Assembly (NCBI GenBank): GCA_037137755.1
Contig: JBAXJR010000039.1
Span: forward strand, 1-21,618
Reading direction: 5' to 3'
Length of the DNA stretch: 21,618 nucleotides
DNA from: Methanomicrobiales archaeon
Lineage (GTDB): Archaea; Halobacteriota; Methanomicrobia; Methanomicrobiales; Methanospirillaceae
Shown: positions 7,085 to 16,480 of the stretch, one piece after another
Numbering within the stretch: the stretch's first letter is position 1
Layout: every line of letters starts with the position of its first letter
Program-made: the position numbers and the translations under genes
Notes under the pieces: generated by a model
Told to the model about the DNA's origin: nothing
The model's database searches: none
What the model saw: the letters and a program-made list of their open reading frames with translations, nothing else

Positions 7085-7341
7085 AACATGAGATTATATT
7101 GAGGGATGCGAGTTTCAAGGAATGCCGGGAATATATTTTATCGCACTTTCCTGAAAACTTCGTGGTGTTGCCCGGGTACAAGATATTTGAGAAGCATCTT
7201 ATCGGCGTACCACCGCTCTACATTGCCGTTGACGGGGATGATGTAATTATACCCTATACGAAGCCCTGTTATGGGACGTTCCTGATCCGGGTCCCTGACC
7301 CTGAAATGGCTTCTGAATTACGGCAGAAAATGTCAAAATAA
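7063..7341 (+). CDS. DUF1894-family methanogen protein
   Basis: MGCLESMKHEIILRDASFKECREYI...PGYKIF...IGVPP...YTKPCYGTF. This family is typically paired with DUF1890. Alternative ATG at 7081. Confidence 0.8.
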   Translation: MGCLESMKHEIILRDASFKECREYILSHFPENFVVLPGYKIFEKHLIGVPPLYIAVDGDDVIIPYTKPCYGTFLIRVPDPEMASELRQKMSK

Positions 7342-7565
7342 CTTTTTCCGTTTCAGGGCACAGAGTATTTTCTGTTCATACGGTGCGATTTGCCGCCCTG
7401 ATCAACAACCGGTTCCCCTATCTCGTTGGGGATGCATAGCGCATCTTTTCGTATCATGCAGACTGGTCAGGTACAGTCCTGGTGATGTTATGCCTGTTGT
7501 TCCGGACAGTCAGGAACCTATAATTTCTCGCAGGGACACACATTCGTGTGCCAAGGGGAGGTACC

Positions 7566-9230
7566 ATGAACGACATATCAGTCCTGATAGGAGGAAAAGC
7601 CGGGGACGGAATCAACAGTGCAGGTCTCACGATTGCCCACCTGTTCAACCATCTCGGGTACCGGGTGTACATGTATTTTGATTACCCATCCCTCATCAAG
7701 GGAGGGCATAATTTTGCTATCGTGAGGGCATCTGAACATAAAATCGGGTCGCACCGTGAGACTGCTGACTTTCTTCTCGCATTAAATAATGATGCCATTG
7801 ACTTTCACACCGGCATGGTGCGGCCGGACACCGAGGTCATCTACGATGCCGGTAACGCTACCAGGGCGAGCGGCACCCCCGTTCCTGTCAGCGAAATCCT
7901 CAAAGATGAAAATGCCCCGCAGATCATGGGCAACTCAGCAATAATAGGTGCTTTTGCAAAAACTGCCGGTATACAATGGAACGTTATCGAAGAAGTGTTC
8001 AGCCGGCACCTGCAGAAAGAGACGGGGAAAAACCTGTCTGTGGCACGAAAAGCCTATGATGTAGCACAAACTAAACGGGTCGTGCCTGTTATCGGGACTG
8101 GACATCTGCCCGTCATCACCGGAAACGAGGCGATGGGCCTTGGCCTCATCAATGGAGGCCTGGATGCCTATATCTCCTACCCTATGACACCGACCTCCAA
8201 CCTCCTCCATTTTCTCGCAGAACAGGCCCCCCACTTCCCTATCACCGTGGTCCACCCCGAAAATGAGATCGGTGTGATCATCATGGCGCTCGGATTTGCG
8301 TATGCCGGGAAAAAAGCTGCCGTAGGTACATCCGGGGGTGGGTTCTGCCTGATGACCGAAGGTCTCTCATTTGCAGGTCAGTCTGAGATCCCGGTGGTCA
8401 TTATGGTCGGGCAGCGGACCGGACCGAGTACCGGCCTTCCCACGTATACCGGACAGTCCGAGCTCCATTTCGTCCTTCATGCAGGGCAGGGGGAGTTTCC
8501 GCGGCTTATTGTTGCTCCCGGTGATACCGAGGAGTCATACGGGTGGTCCTCTCTCGCTGTGCAACTTGCATGGAAATACCAAATCCCTGCGATTATTCTC
8601 GGTGATAAGACGTTGAATGAGGGTACCTACAGTTTCGACCGGAAAGAAACCGAAGGATACAGCCTGGATCCTGAAATTCCTGGTGAGGCTCTGGTTACCG
8701 GGCCGGGGTATGGGCGCTACAGGCTGACCGGATCGGGAGTCTCCCCGCCTGCTTTTCCCGGTACACCTGGCACGGTTGTCAAGATAACCAGTTACACCCA
8801 TGACGAGACCGGCCTGTCAACCGAAGATGCGGGAATTTCCGCGATCATGGCTGAAAAGAGGATGAAAAAGGGGGCACGGCTGTTGGAAGAGATTGACCGT
8901 CTCGAGGCGGTCAGGACATATGGAGACCGCAGCAGCCCGGTGGCGCTCCTGGCGTGGGGTTCTAATAAGGGTGTGGCCTGCGAGGTCGCAGGGTTGCTTG
9001 GCCTTCGTGTTATTCAGCCGGTGGTACTCTCTCCGTTCCCGCTTCGCCAGATGAAAGAGGCGCTTTCCGGTGTAAAGCGGCTGGTATCTGTCGAGGATAA
9101 CATGGAAGGACAACTGGGTTCCCTCCTTGCAACCCATAGAATTTTCGTGGATGACCAGGTACTGAAATACGATGGCAGGCCCTTTTCGGTCGAAGAACTT
9201 CATAAAAAGGTCATGGAGGTGTTGAAATGA
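7566..9230 (+). CDS. korA: 2-oxoacid:ferredoxin oxidoreductase alpha subunit (gamma-alpha fusion, KorA-type)
   Basis: N-terminal GGKAGDGINSAG and YPSLIKGGHN (gamma-like domain). Alpha domain has YPMTPTS, ENEI, TSGGGFCLMTE and QRTGPSTGLPT. ATG 7566 is preceded by GGAGG. Substrate specificity cannot be determined from sequence alone. Confidence 0.92.
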   Translation: MNDISVLIGGKAGDGINSAGLTIAHLFNHLGYRVYMYFDYPSLIKGGHNFAIVRASEHKIGSHRETADFLLALNNDAIDFHTGMVRPDTEVIYDAGNATRASGTPVPVSEILKDENAPQIMGNSAIIGAFAKTAGIQWNVIEEVFSRHLQKETGKNLSVARKAYDVAQTKRVVPVIGTGHLPVITGNEAMGLGLINGGLDAYISYPMTPTSNLLHFLAEQAPHFPITVVHPENEIGVIIMALGFAYAGKKAAVGTSGGGFCLMTEGLSFAGQSEIPVVIMVGQRTGPSTGLPTYTGQSELHFVLHAGQGEFPRLIVAPGDTEESYGWSSLAVQLAWKYQIPAIILGDKTLNEGTYSFDRKETEGYSLDPEIPGEALVTGPGYGRYRLTGSGVSPPAFPGTPGTVVKITSYTHDETGLSTEDAGISAIMAEKRMKKGARLLEEIDRLEAVRTYGDRSSPVALLAWGSNKGVACEVAGLLGLRVIQPVVLSPFPLRQMKEALSGVKRLVSVEDNMEGQLGSLLATHRIFVDDQVLKYDGRPFSVEELHKKVMEVLK

Positions 9231-10078
9231 CCGGGCGTAACCTTATTACCCCGGCACAGAACACCTGGTGCCCGGGATGTGGCAACTTCTCCCTCCAGTT
9301 TGCATTGAAGTCTGTTCTCGGGGAACTTGAAGAGTCCGGGACGTCACTTGATGATGTCGTCCTGGTGACCGGGATTGGTTGCCATGCGAAGATGGCCGAC
9401 TACCTGAATATCAACAGTTTTTATTCCATCCACGGTCGGACGGTCCCGGCTGCAATCGGGATTAAACTTGCAAACCCGCGGCTGAAGGTCATATGCTGTG
9501 CCGGGGACGGGGACTGCTATGCAGAAGGCCTGGACCACCTCATATTTGCGGCGAAACGAAATGCCGATATCACCGTGATTATCCATAATAACCGGGTATA
9601 CGGGCTTACAACCGGGCAGTATACGCCAACGTCCCCCCTGGGATTCCGGGGGCGCTCAACACCCGGCGGTACAACAGAACTCCCGATAAATCCCCTTGAA
9701 CTGATGCTCGCAAGTGGTGCGACGTTCGTTGCACGTGGTTACACGAGGAAGATGGAACAGTTACGTTCCCTGGTGAAACAGGGCCTGTCACACCGTGGTT
9801 TCTCCTTCATTGATGTCCTCCAGATCTGTGCGACGTACAACAATATGACCGGATATTACCATGATCACGTCTATGACCTGAAGGACCACGATACATCCGG
9901 GTTTGAAACGGCATTCCGGAAGGCGAGGGAATGGGATTATAATGGCGATGCCAGGATCGCCCTGGGACTGTTCTACCAGCAGGTAATGCCGACCTATGAG
10001 GACAGGATTTTTGCCCACCCGCCGGATAACACTGACCGGCAGAAGAAAATAGATGAGATCCTGCAGGAAAAAATGTAG
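9227..10078 (+). CDS. korB: 2-oxoacid:ferredoxin oxidoreductase beta subunit (TPP-binding)
   Basis: TWCPGCGN, GIGCH, IHGR, the GDGD...NN TPP motif, YGLTTGQYTPT and LQIC. ATGA overlap with the alpha-subunit stop. Confidence 0.93.
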   Translation: MTGRNLITPAQNTWCPGCGNFSLQFALKSVLGELEESGTSLDDVVLVTGIGCHAKMADYLNINSFYSIHGRTVPAAIGIKLANPRLKVICCAGDGDCYAEGLDHLIFAAKRNADITVIIHNNRVYGLTTGQYTPTSPLGFRGRSTPGGTTELPINPLELMLASGATFVARGYTRKMEQLRSLVKQGLSHRGFSFIDVLQICATYNNMTGYYHDHVYDLKDHDTSGFETAFRKAREWDYNGDARIALGLFYQQVMPTYEDRIFAHPPDNTDRQKKIDEILQEKM

Positions 10079-10288
10079 ACCCGGCCTTTCCGGCAGTCCT
10101 CATTTTTCAACGTTTTTCAGTTTAAGATCCCGGGTAAGGCATACATTTTTTACTCTGCCAGGCCGGCACATGACGATGTCTCCTGTTTGAAAGGCGTCAT
10201 TACCAGGGACCGCATGGCCTGGTTAAGGAATTACAGTTATAAGTTGGGATGCAATTACTACCTAGGATATAAACGGTGGAAACCCGGA

Positions 10289-10888
10289 ATGACCGATGCT
10301 CTTACCCTGACTCCATTTTTTGCATGGGTCGTACTCCCCCTGCTGATATTTTTTGCCCGCATATGTGACGTAACGCTGGGCACAATCCGGGTTATCTTCA
10401 TCTCAAAGGGGTTCAAATACATCGCTCCTGTAATCGGGTTTTTCGAGGTGATCATCTGGCTCCTTGCCATCGGACAGGTGATGAATAATGTCACGAATGT
10501 CGCTTCGTATATCGCCTATGGGGCCGGTTTTGCAACCGGAACTTTTGTTGGAATGGCAATTGAGGAGAAATTATCACTTGGTACCGTAATTGTAAGGGTG
10601 ATCACGAACCATGAGGCAAAAGACCTGGTTGAATATTTACGTGCCCACCATTATGGTGTAACGGCAATTGATGCGACGGGCTCTACCGGTCATGTGAAAG
10701 TTCTCTTCATGGTGATAAAACGGCAGGACCTTGGCATGGTAACCGGGATAATCAGGCAGTTCCAGCCTAATGCATTCTATTCAATCGAGGACGTAAAATC
10801 CGCGGCTGAAGGTGTGTTCCCTGATAAGAAATCAAGATACCTCATGAGCTACCGGGATATGATGAAATTTTTCCGGAAGGACAAGTAA
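10289..10888 (+). CDS. UPF0316 / DUF2179 (DUF5698)-type membrane protein
   Basis: IFFARICDVTLGTIR, GFFEVIIWL and YGAGFATGTFVG, with C-terminal GVTAIDATG...PNAFYSIEDV. Likely start is ATG 10289, downstream of a TTATAA box at about 10237. Confidence 0.85.
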   Translation: MTDALTLTPFFAWVVLPLLIFFARICDVTLGTIRVIFISKGFKYIAPVIGFFEVIIWLLAIGQVMNNVTNVASYIAYGAGFATGTFVGMAIEEKLSLGTVIVRVITNHEAKDLVEYLRAHHYGVTAIDATGSTGHVKVLFMVIKRQDLGMVTGIIRQFQPNAFYSIEDVKSAAEGVFPDKKSRYLMSYRDMMKFFRKDK

Positions 10889-10944
10889 TATCCCTCTAAT
10901 TACCCTTGAAATTGCCTATTCCTTTCTGCCCATCCTGTAATTTA

Positions 10945-12576
10945 CTAGGGCCTGTCGCCGCTGTACGACGGCTGCCAGATGATGTTGAGATGATGTGGAT
11001 AGTATGAAACCCTGGTCTGCGCCTGCTCCCTGACAAAGGAAAGAAGATAATAGGGGCCCCCTGAGCCCCTGCCTGTTGAACCACTTGCATTCCAGCCGGT
11101 AAATGACTGGGACCCCGGCCAGGCACCGGTTGTTGCTCCCCCGGCACGGTTGGCATACGTTACACCTGCCCGTACATGACTGAAGAAATAGTCCATTTCA
11201 CCGGCATCCTCCGAGAAGATTCCTGCGGTAAGGCCGAAGTCTGACTGGTTTGCGTATTCAACCGCTTCCTGTAAGGTACTGTAGTGAGCGACGATAAGGA
11301 ACGGGACAAATAATTCGTTCTTGTGGAGCGGGTGACCGGGCGGGATTCCGGTAACCACCGCAGGAGTGACATAGTGCCCTTTTCGATATAAGGTCCCGGT
11401 CAGCACTTCCCCGCCTGTTTCAATGGTCCCGCCTTCAGCTATAACCTGTCTGACCGCCGAGGTGTATATGTCCTCAGCCCTGCGGTCAATTAATGGCCCG
11501 AAAAATGTTGCTCTCTCCCGTGGGTCACCGACTATGATTGATCCCACTCTCTGTTTCAGCTGCTCCATGAATGGGGAATAGACCCCCTCCTGGACGTACA
11601 CCCGCGATGTCGCACTGCATTTCTGGCCGGCATATCCAAATGCTGAACGTACCACTCCTTCCACCGCTTTCGTGAGATCTGCCTTTCCGGAGACGATCAC
11701 GGGGTCCTTACCCCCCATCTCGATAACAAGGGGCTTTGGGTACCGCTGCCCCTGCGCGAATTCTCTCCAGAGCCACATTCCGGTGTTTACTGATCCGGTG
11801 AATGCAATCCCGTCGATATCCATGTGTGTGACAACCGTTTTTCCAAACGGTCCCCCTGGACCGGTGACCAGGTTCAGGACCCCGTCAGGCACTCCTCCCG
11901 AAATAAACGATTTATAGAGTTTTATCCCGGATAATGGGGCCTCGCTGGTCGGTTTGAATACCACGGTATTCCCTGTTAGCAATGCCCCTGTACACATTCC
12001 TGCTGCAAGTGCAATAGGAAAATTGAACGGCGAAATCACCGCCCAGACCCCGTAGGGTTTCATAACAGATAGGGACTGTTCACCGGTGAGTGGTGTTTTT
12101 ATGGGGTGTACGTAACCCCCCGAACGTTCATAGACGTTACAATAATACCGGAGGAGGTCAATTGTTTCGAAAACTTCGGCCAGTCCCTCGGTGCGTGTTT
12201 TTCCTACTTCCCACGTGAGAAGTGCAGCCAGGTCAAATGCCTGTGATTCTATATGGTCCGCTGTGGCCCTGATTATCTTCACCCGTTTTTTCCAGCCTGC
12301 CTGGTCCCATTCCGGGAAGGCTGTGTTTGCCGAATGAATCGCTTTCTCTGTATCTTCACTATCCCCTGACTGGAAGGAACCAATCAGGGTTTCCCCGTCT
12401 ATGGGCGAATATACCGTGAACTCAGGTCTCTCCCTGACACTGCTGCCGCCGATATGCAGTGCGTGATGCTGCCCCAATTCCCCAAAGACCCGTTTCAGTG
12501 CACTTTCGTACGCCGGGTGGACCTGTTCATCTTCGGCGAGCGTAACGTAGGTAATCTTTTTTGGAACTTCTGCCAT
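10945..12576 (-). CDS. NAD(P)-dependent aldehyde dehydrogenase, 1-pyrroline-5-carboxylate dehydrogenase (RocA)-like
   Basis: ISPFNFP, FTGS, catalytic Glu in EMGGKD, catalytic Cys in GQKCSATSR, and FGLTAG. In-frame starts at 12588, 12582 and 12576; GGTGA upstream of 12576 favours the last. Confidence 0.9.
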   Translation of the reverse strand: MAEVPKKITYVTLAEDEQVHPAYESALKRVFGELGQHHALHIGGSSVRERPEFTVYSPIDGETLIGSFQSGDSEDTEKAIHSANTAFPEWDQAGWKKRVKIIRATADHIESQAFDLAALLTWEVGKTRTEGLAEVFETIDLLRYYCNVYERSGGYVHPIKTPLTGEQSLSVMKPYGVWAVISPFNFPIALAAGMCTGALLTGNTVVFKPTSEAPLSGIKLYKSFISGGVPDGVLNLVTGPGGPFGKTVVTHMDIDGIAFTGSVNTGMWLWREFAQGQRYPKPLVIEMGGKDPVIVSGKADLTKAVEGVVRSAFGYAGQKCSATSRVYVQEGVYSPFMEQLKQRVGSIIVGDPRERATFFGPLIDRRAEDIYTSAVRQVIAEGGTIETGGEVLTGTLYRKGHYVTPAVVTGIPPGHPLHKNELFVPFLIVAHYSTLQEAVEYANQSDFGLTAGIFSEDAGEMDYFFSHVRAGVTYANRAGGATTGAWPGSQSFTGWNASGSTGRGSGGPYYLLSFVREQAQTRVSYYPHHLNIIWQPSYSGDRP

Positions 12577-12849
12577 GTTCATCACCATGTTTGACGGGTA
12601 CCGGTATCGCTTTATCCGGTAGTTTTCCCTTACTTCTGTCAGCCAGCGGTGCAGTTGATACTGCCTGCAGAGTGCCGGATAGGTCTGGCCGGATTAATAT
12701 TCTGTCGTTTATAGTTGGTTGCAGTCACCCCTTGTTTATTACTATCCAGACGGGATGTGCATCCTGGTGACCGCGTGTCAGGTGAATACCTGCCTTTCCT
12801 TTTTGGAAATTGCCAAGGTACAATTTCCCCCTGTCATTTTGCCTTTGGT

Positions 12850-13563
12850 TCAGCAGGGTTGTTGAAAGAGGGGATAGAGGAGCCCCGGGAGGTCAAGAAT
12901 CGAATTGAGTGTAAATTCTGCGGGGACCTCGCAGCGGGTATTCGCCAGGCGGTCGCCATAACGTGCGTAAAATGTCTGCATCCCGACCTCTCGGGCGGGT
13001 GCAAGGTCGCGGTGAGGGCTGTCGCCGATCATCGCCGTTGCAGCACTTTCGCTGCCGAGTTTCCTGAGAGCGAGCAGGAATGGGGCTGTATCTGGTTTTT
13101 TCCGACCGGTCATCTCGTAGGTGACGATGTGGTCAAATGCACCGGAAAGACCAGCTTTCTCCAACCTGCGTCTTGCATGAGACATATCGGCATCGGTGAC
13201 CAGTGCGAGGGGCACACCTTTTTGTCGAATTTCGAGGACTACCTCTCTGACACCCGGATATGCGGTGATATGGTTCAGTTTTTCCTGTTCGTACAGGCTG
13301 CAGACCTCAAAATACCTGGGAATTGTAAAAATATCCCGGTCAAGGAGGTAGTCACGGATATTCCGCCAGTCCTCAAATCCCCAGTCCGGCCTGAGAAAGT
13401 AGGCAAAGAGTTCCTGGCCGTCATCCCGTTCCAGGTACCCTGACGTGGTATCACATGCTGCCATCTTTGCACCAATAAGGTCAAAGAGCGTGTTATCCAT
13501 GTCAAATATTACAGCCCTGACCCCTTCCCCCGTCCGTTTAACCGGTGTAGTATCCTCTGCCAT
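12850..13563 (-). CDS. HAD-superfamily hydrolase (subfamily IA)
   Basis: Motif I IFDMDNTL, motif II LVTD, motif III KKPD, motif IV MIGDSPHRD. Confidence 0.92.
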   Translation of the reverse strand: MAEDTTPVKRTGEGVRAVIFDMDNTLFDLIGAKMAACDTTSGYLERDDGQELFAYFLRPDWGFEDWRNIRDYLLDRDIFTIPRYFEVCSLYEQEKLNHITAYPGVREVVLEIRQKGVPLALVTDADMSHARRRLEKAGLSGAFDHIVTYEMTGRKKPDTAPFLLALRKLGSESAATAMIGDSPHRDLAPAREVGMQTFYARYGDRLANTRCEVPAEFTLNSILDLPGLLYPLFQQPC

Positions 13564-13684
13564 CAATGGTATCCTTGTTTAGAATATCTTCCCGGACCAA
13601 TGTAATTGATTCCATTTATACCATGGGGGTTAAAAAAAGTGTCATAATCCCTGTTAATTCTCTGAAAGGTGGGATCCCTCAGTT

Positions 13685-14251
13685 TTAACTGAGTTTTTTC
13701 ATCCTGACGATATTGACCGGAAGGCCCCACTGTGCAATTGTTAGCGCATCCGGTCTCCCTTTCGCGGTGAAGGAGACAACTATTCCGTCCTGTGAAAACT
13801 CGGGATCGAGGTCAAGTGGTAGGTACCGTACAACACCGGATTTACCCCCGGTATCTACAATTATCCCATAAAAACCTCCTTCGGTCGTGATATAGGTCAC
13901 GTTGCCGATACCATAGATATACCCGCTGTCGCCGGGGATTTGCTGCATCAGGACGAGATAAACCGGAATTCCTTTCTGGACAGGGTAATAGGGGTTAGGA
14001 ATTGTGCGCCCTGAGAATGCGACGTTGTCACCGTTTTTGAAGTGATCCGGTGGGAACGGGGATGGGATATAGATAAGCCCGTCATCGCCGTTAATCCTCA
14101 ACGAAGACCCGAATATATCAGGGAGATTCAAAACCCCGGTGCCTTCAACCGATGTCCGTTCTGCAACCATAGTATTCGTACAACCTGTAACGATGCTAAA
14201 AATCGCAAGAATAACAGCGAGCAGGAGGGCAGTGACGTGGTTTCTATTCAT
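13685..14251 (-). CDS. Hypothetical lipoprotein with two tandem related beta-rich domains
   Basis: Signal peptide with lipobox (LAIFSIVTGC) and an internal duplication (see findings); 188 aa. Confidence 0.75.
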   Translation of the reverse strand: MNRNHVTALLLAVILAIFSIVTGCTNTMVAERTSVEGTGVLNLPDIFGSSLRINGDDGLIYIPSPFPPDHFKNGDNVAFSGRTIPNPYYPVQKGIPVYLVLMQQIPGDSGYIYGIGNVTYITTEGGFYGIIVDTGGKSGVVRYLPLDLDPEFSQDGIVVSFTAKGRPDALTIAQWGLPVNIVRMKKLS

Positions 14252-14411
14252 AAAATGGTCTTTTAGCTCATTGAAATAAGTAACTTCCTGCCTGCCATGG
14301 CAATGTAGTGTCCTGGTCCAGGCTCACAAAAATTGTGTTGGTACCTTTGTTGATGGGAGTGTCCACAACTATTATAACGGGTACTCCTAAAGGAAAAAAG
14401 AGGACAAAGGG

Positions 14412-15785
14412 ATGATACTACGACAGGTCACTTCGGAAGGGCTGGCCCACCACTCTTATTATATCGGGTCCGGCAGGACTGCGGCAGTAATTGACCCACG
14501 CAGGGACTGCGATGTGTACCTCGATATCGCAAGGGGGCTTGACCAGCAGATAAGCATTATTTTTGAGACACACCGGAATGAAGACTACGTGACCGGTTCA
14601 TGTGAACTTGCAAACCGTTCCGGGGCTGCAATTTATCACGGCCCAGTGACCGCTTTTTCCTACGGGGCCCGTGTTGAAGAGGGGATGCGCTTCGCGGTCG
14701 GGGATCTCGAAATCTCGGTGCTCGAGACCCCGGGCCATACTCCCGACAGCATATCGCTTGTAGTTCGGGATAAGAAAGTCTCCGGTGACCCGTACCTGGT
14801 ATGTACCGGGGACGCCTTGTTCGCGGGTGATGTCGGCAGGACCGATCTCTTCGGCAGGGGCACGGGTGAAGAGGCAGCCGGCATGCTCTACGATAGTATC
14901 TGGAACAAGATCCTTCCCCTCGGAGAGGCTGTCCTGCTCTACCCGGCCCATGGAGCGGGGTCGGTTTGCGGGGCAGACATTGTTGACCACCCGGTGACTA
15001 CCACCGGGTACGAGAAAAAAACAAACCCCCTTCTCCAGAAGGACCGCCAGGCATTTATCGATTACAAAACAAGGGAGCACCATTACGTCCCCCCGTATTT
15101 CCGGAACATGGAAGTTTTCAACCAGAAAGGTCCGTCGCTTATCGGGCCGCTCCCGGAACTTATCCCCTGTAACAACCGCGAGGTGAAGGAACTGGCCGGC
15201 AGGGGGGCACAGCTCCTGGATATCAGGGCCCCTGGCAGTTTCGGATCAGGGCATATCGAAGGAAGCCTCTCTGTCTGGCGGGAAGGGCTGTCCGCATACA
15301 TGGGGTGGTTCCTTAACTACGAGGCCCCGGTCATCCTCGTTGATGACTTCAATCTCGACCTGGAGCCGGTCATACAGCAGTTTGTCAGGCTCGGGTATGA
15401 TAACCTGAAGGGGTACCTTGCCGGGGGTTTCCCTGGGTGGTATAAGGCGGGGGAACGTTTCAACAGGCACCGTGTATGGTCTGTTTATGACCTTCATACG
15501 GCAATTGAGTCTGCCAGCGAAGAATTGTACCTTCTCGATGTCCGCGATATCCATAACCGGGAAAAAGCTGGACACATCGCCGGTGACCACCATGTGTATG
15601 TCGGTGAGCTCCCTCAAAGAATCATGGATGTGCCGCGGGACGCGAACATTGTTCTCTACTGTGATGCGGGGTACAAGGGCTGCCTTGCTGCCAGTTTCCT
15701 TTCAATGCATGGCTACCCGCGTGTCACCAATATCCTTGGTGGTATGGCAGGCTGGTCCGGGGCAGGTCTTCCCATTGAAAAATAA
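14412..15785 (+). CDS. MBL-fold metallo-hydrolase fused to two rhodanese domains (persulfide dioxygenase/CstB-like)
   Basis: VIDPRRD, ETHRNEDY, TPGHT, TGDALFAGDVGRTDL and PAHGAGSVCG. Rhodanese repeats LLDIR...GHIEG and LLDVR...GHIAG...YCDAG...GGMAGW. GAGGA upstream of the start. Confidence 0.92.
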   Translation: MILRQVTSEGLAHHSYYIGSGRTAAVIDPRRDCDVYLDIARGLDQQISIIFETHRNEDYVTGSCELANRSGAAIYHGPVTAFSYGARVEEGMRFAVGDLEISVLETPGHTPDSISLVVRDKKVSGDPYLVCTGDALFAGDVGRTDLFGRGTGEEAAGMLYDSIWNKILPLGEAVLLYPAHGAGSVCGADIVDHPVTTTGYEKKTNPLLQKDRQAFIDYKTREHHYVPPYFRNMEVFNQKGPSLIGPLPELIPCNNREVKELAGRGAQLLDIRAPGSFGSGHIEGSLSVWREGLSAYMGWFLNYEAPVILVDDFNLDLEPVIQQFVRLGYDNLKGYLAGGFPGWYKAGERFNRHRVWSVYDLHTAIESASEELYLLDVRDIHNREKAGHIAGDHHVYVGELPQRIMDVPRDANIVLYCDAGYKGCLAASFLSMHGYPRVTNILGGMAGWSGAGLPIEK

Positions 15786-16003
15786 CCGGCTGCATTTCAT
15801 TTTTTATCAACCGGAATGTTCCAATGAACGCAACCTGATGTAAGGTGTGGCCAGCCGGTGTTCAGGTATGATCAAGGGCAGGTGCCGGGATAATCAGGTC
15901 GTCCTTTCAGGTACTGTCCGGGTGTGGTCTCCCGGGAGGTGCCATTCCGGGAATAAATTACAAATCTTTATCAATACACGCCGGATATTCACATAAGATC
16001 GGA

Positions 16004-16480
16004 ATGGAGATTGTAAAGATCCCAAGAATGGAAAAAGTGGAATACGACCGCCTGATAGAAGAGGGGTATATCAGCCGTATTGCGTTCCAGGGCGAAAAAT
16101 ACCCCTACATAGCCCCGTTTCTTTATGTTTTTGACGGCCAGTTCATTTACTTCATCTCTACAAAATACGGGAAGAAGATAGAGTATTTCAGAAAAAGCCC
16201 CTATGTCTCGGTAGAGGTGGAAAAATACACGAAAGACCTCTCGTGCTATACCTTCGTTACCATGCAGGGGTACCTTGAAGAGGTGCACGATTCGATCGAG
16301 AAAAAACTTATCAGGCAGCGTTTTATCGATTTAATCAAGGAAAAACACCTTTCGATGAACATTCTCGCAGCCCTCGGTCATTCCCCGCTTGACCCGCCTG
16401 AGGCAATTGCCAGAGAAGAGCGGTCCCTTGTATGGAAGCTTACCGGTGTGAAAGATCTCGTTGCCCTTAAAAATCTCTAA
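16004..16480 (+). CDS. Pyridoxamine 5'-phosphate oxidase-like FMN-binding protein (NimA-like split barrel)
   Basis: SRIAF...[16 protein letters not shown]...[17 protein letters not shown] matches the Pyridox_ox_2-type pattern. Confidence 0.85.
   Translation: MEIVKIPRMEKVEYDRLIEEGYISRIAFQGEKYPYIAPFLYVFDGQFIYFISTKYGKKIEYFRKSPYVSVEVEKYTKDLSCYTFVTMQGYLEEVHDSIEKKLIRQRFIDLIKEKHLSMNILAALGHSPLDPPEAIAREERSLVWKLTGVKDLVALKNL

Noticed and set aside
7353-7401. TCAGGGC...GCCCTGA inverted repeat with an inner ACAGA/TCTGT hairpin after the DUF1894 gene
   Set aside because: The stems are short with no recognisable family, so it is probably an ordinary 3' structure or chance.
12715-13443. 242-aa plus-strand ORF
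   Set aside because: It is antisense to the HAD hydrolase and has no recognisable motifs.
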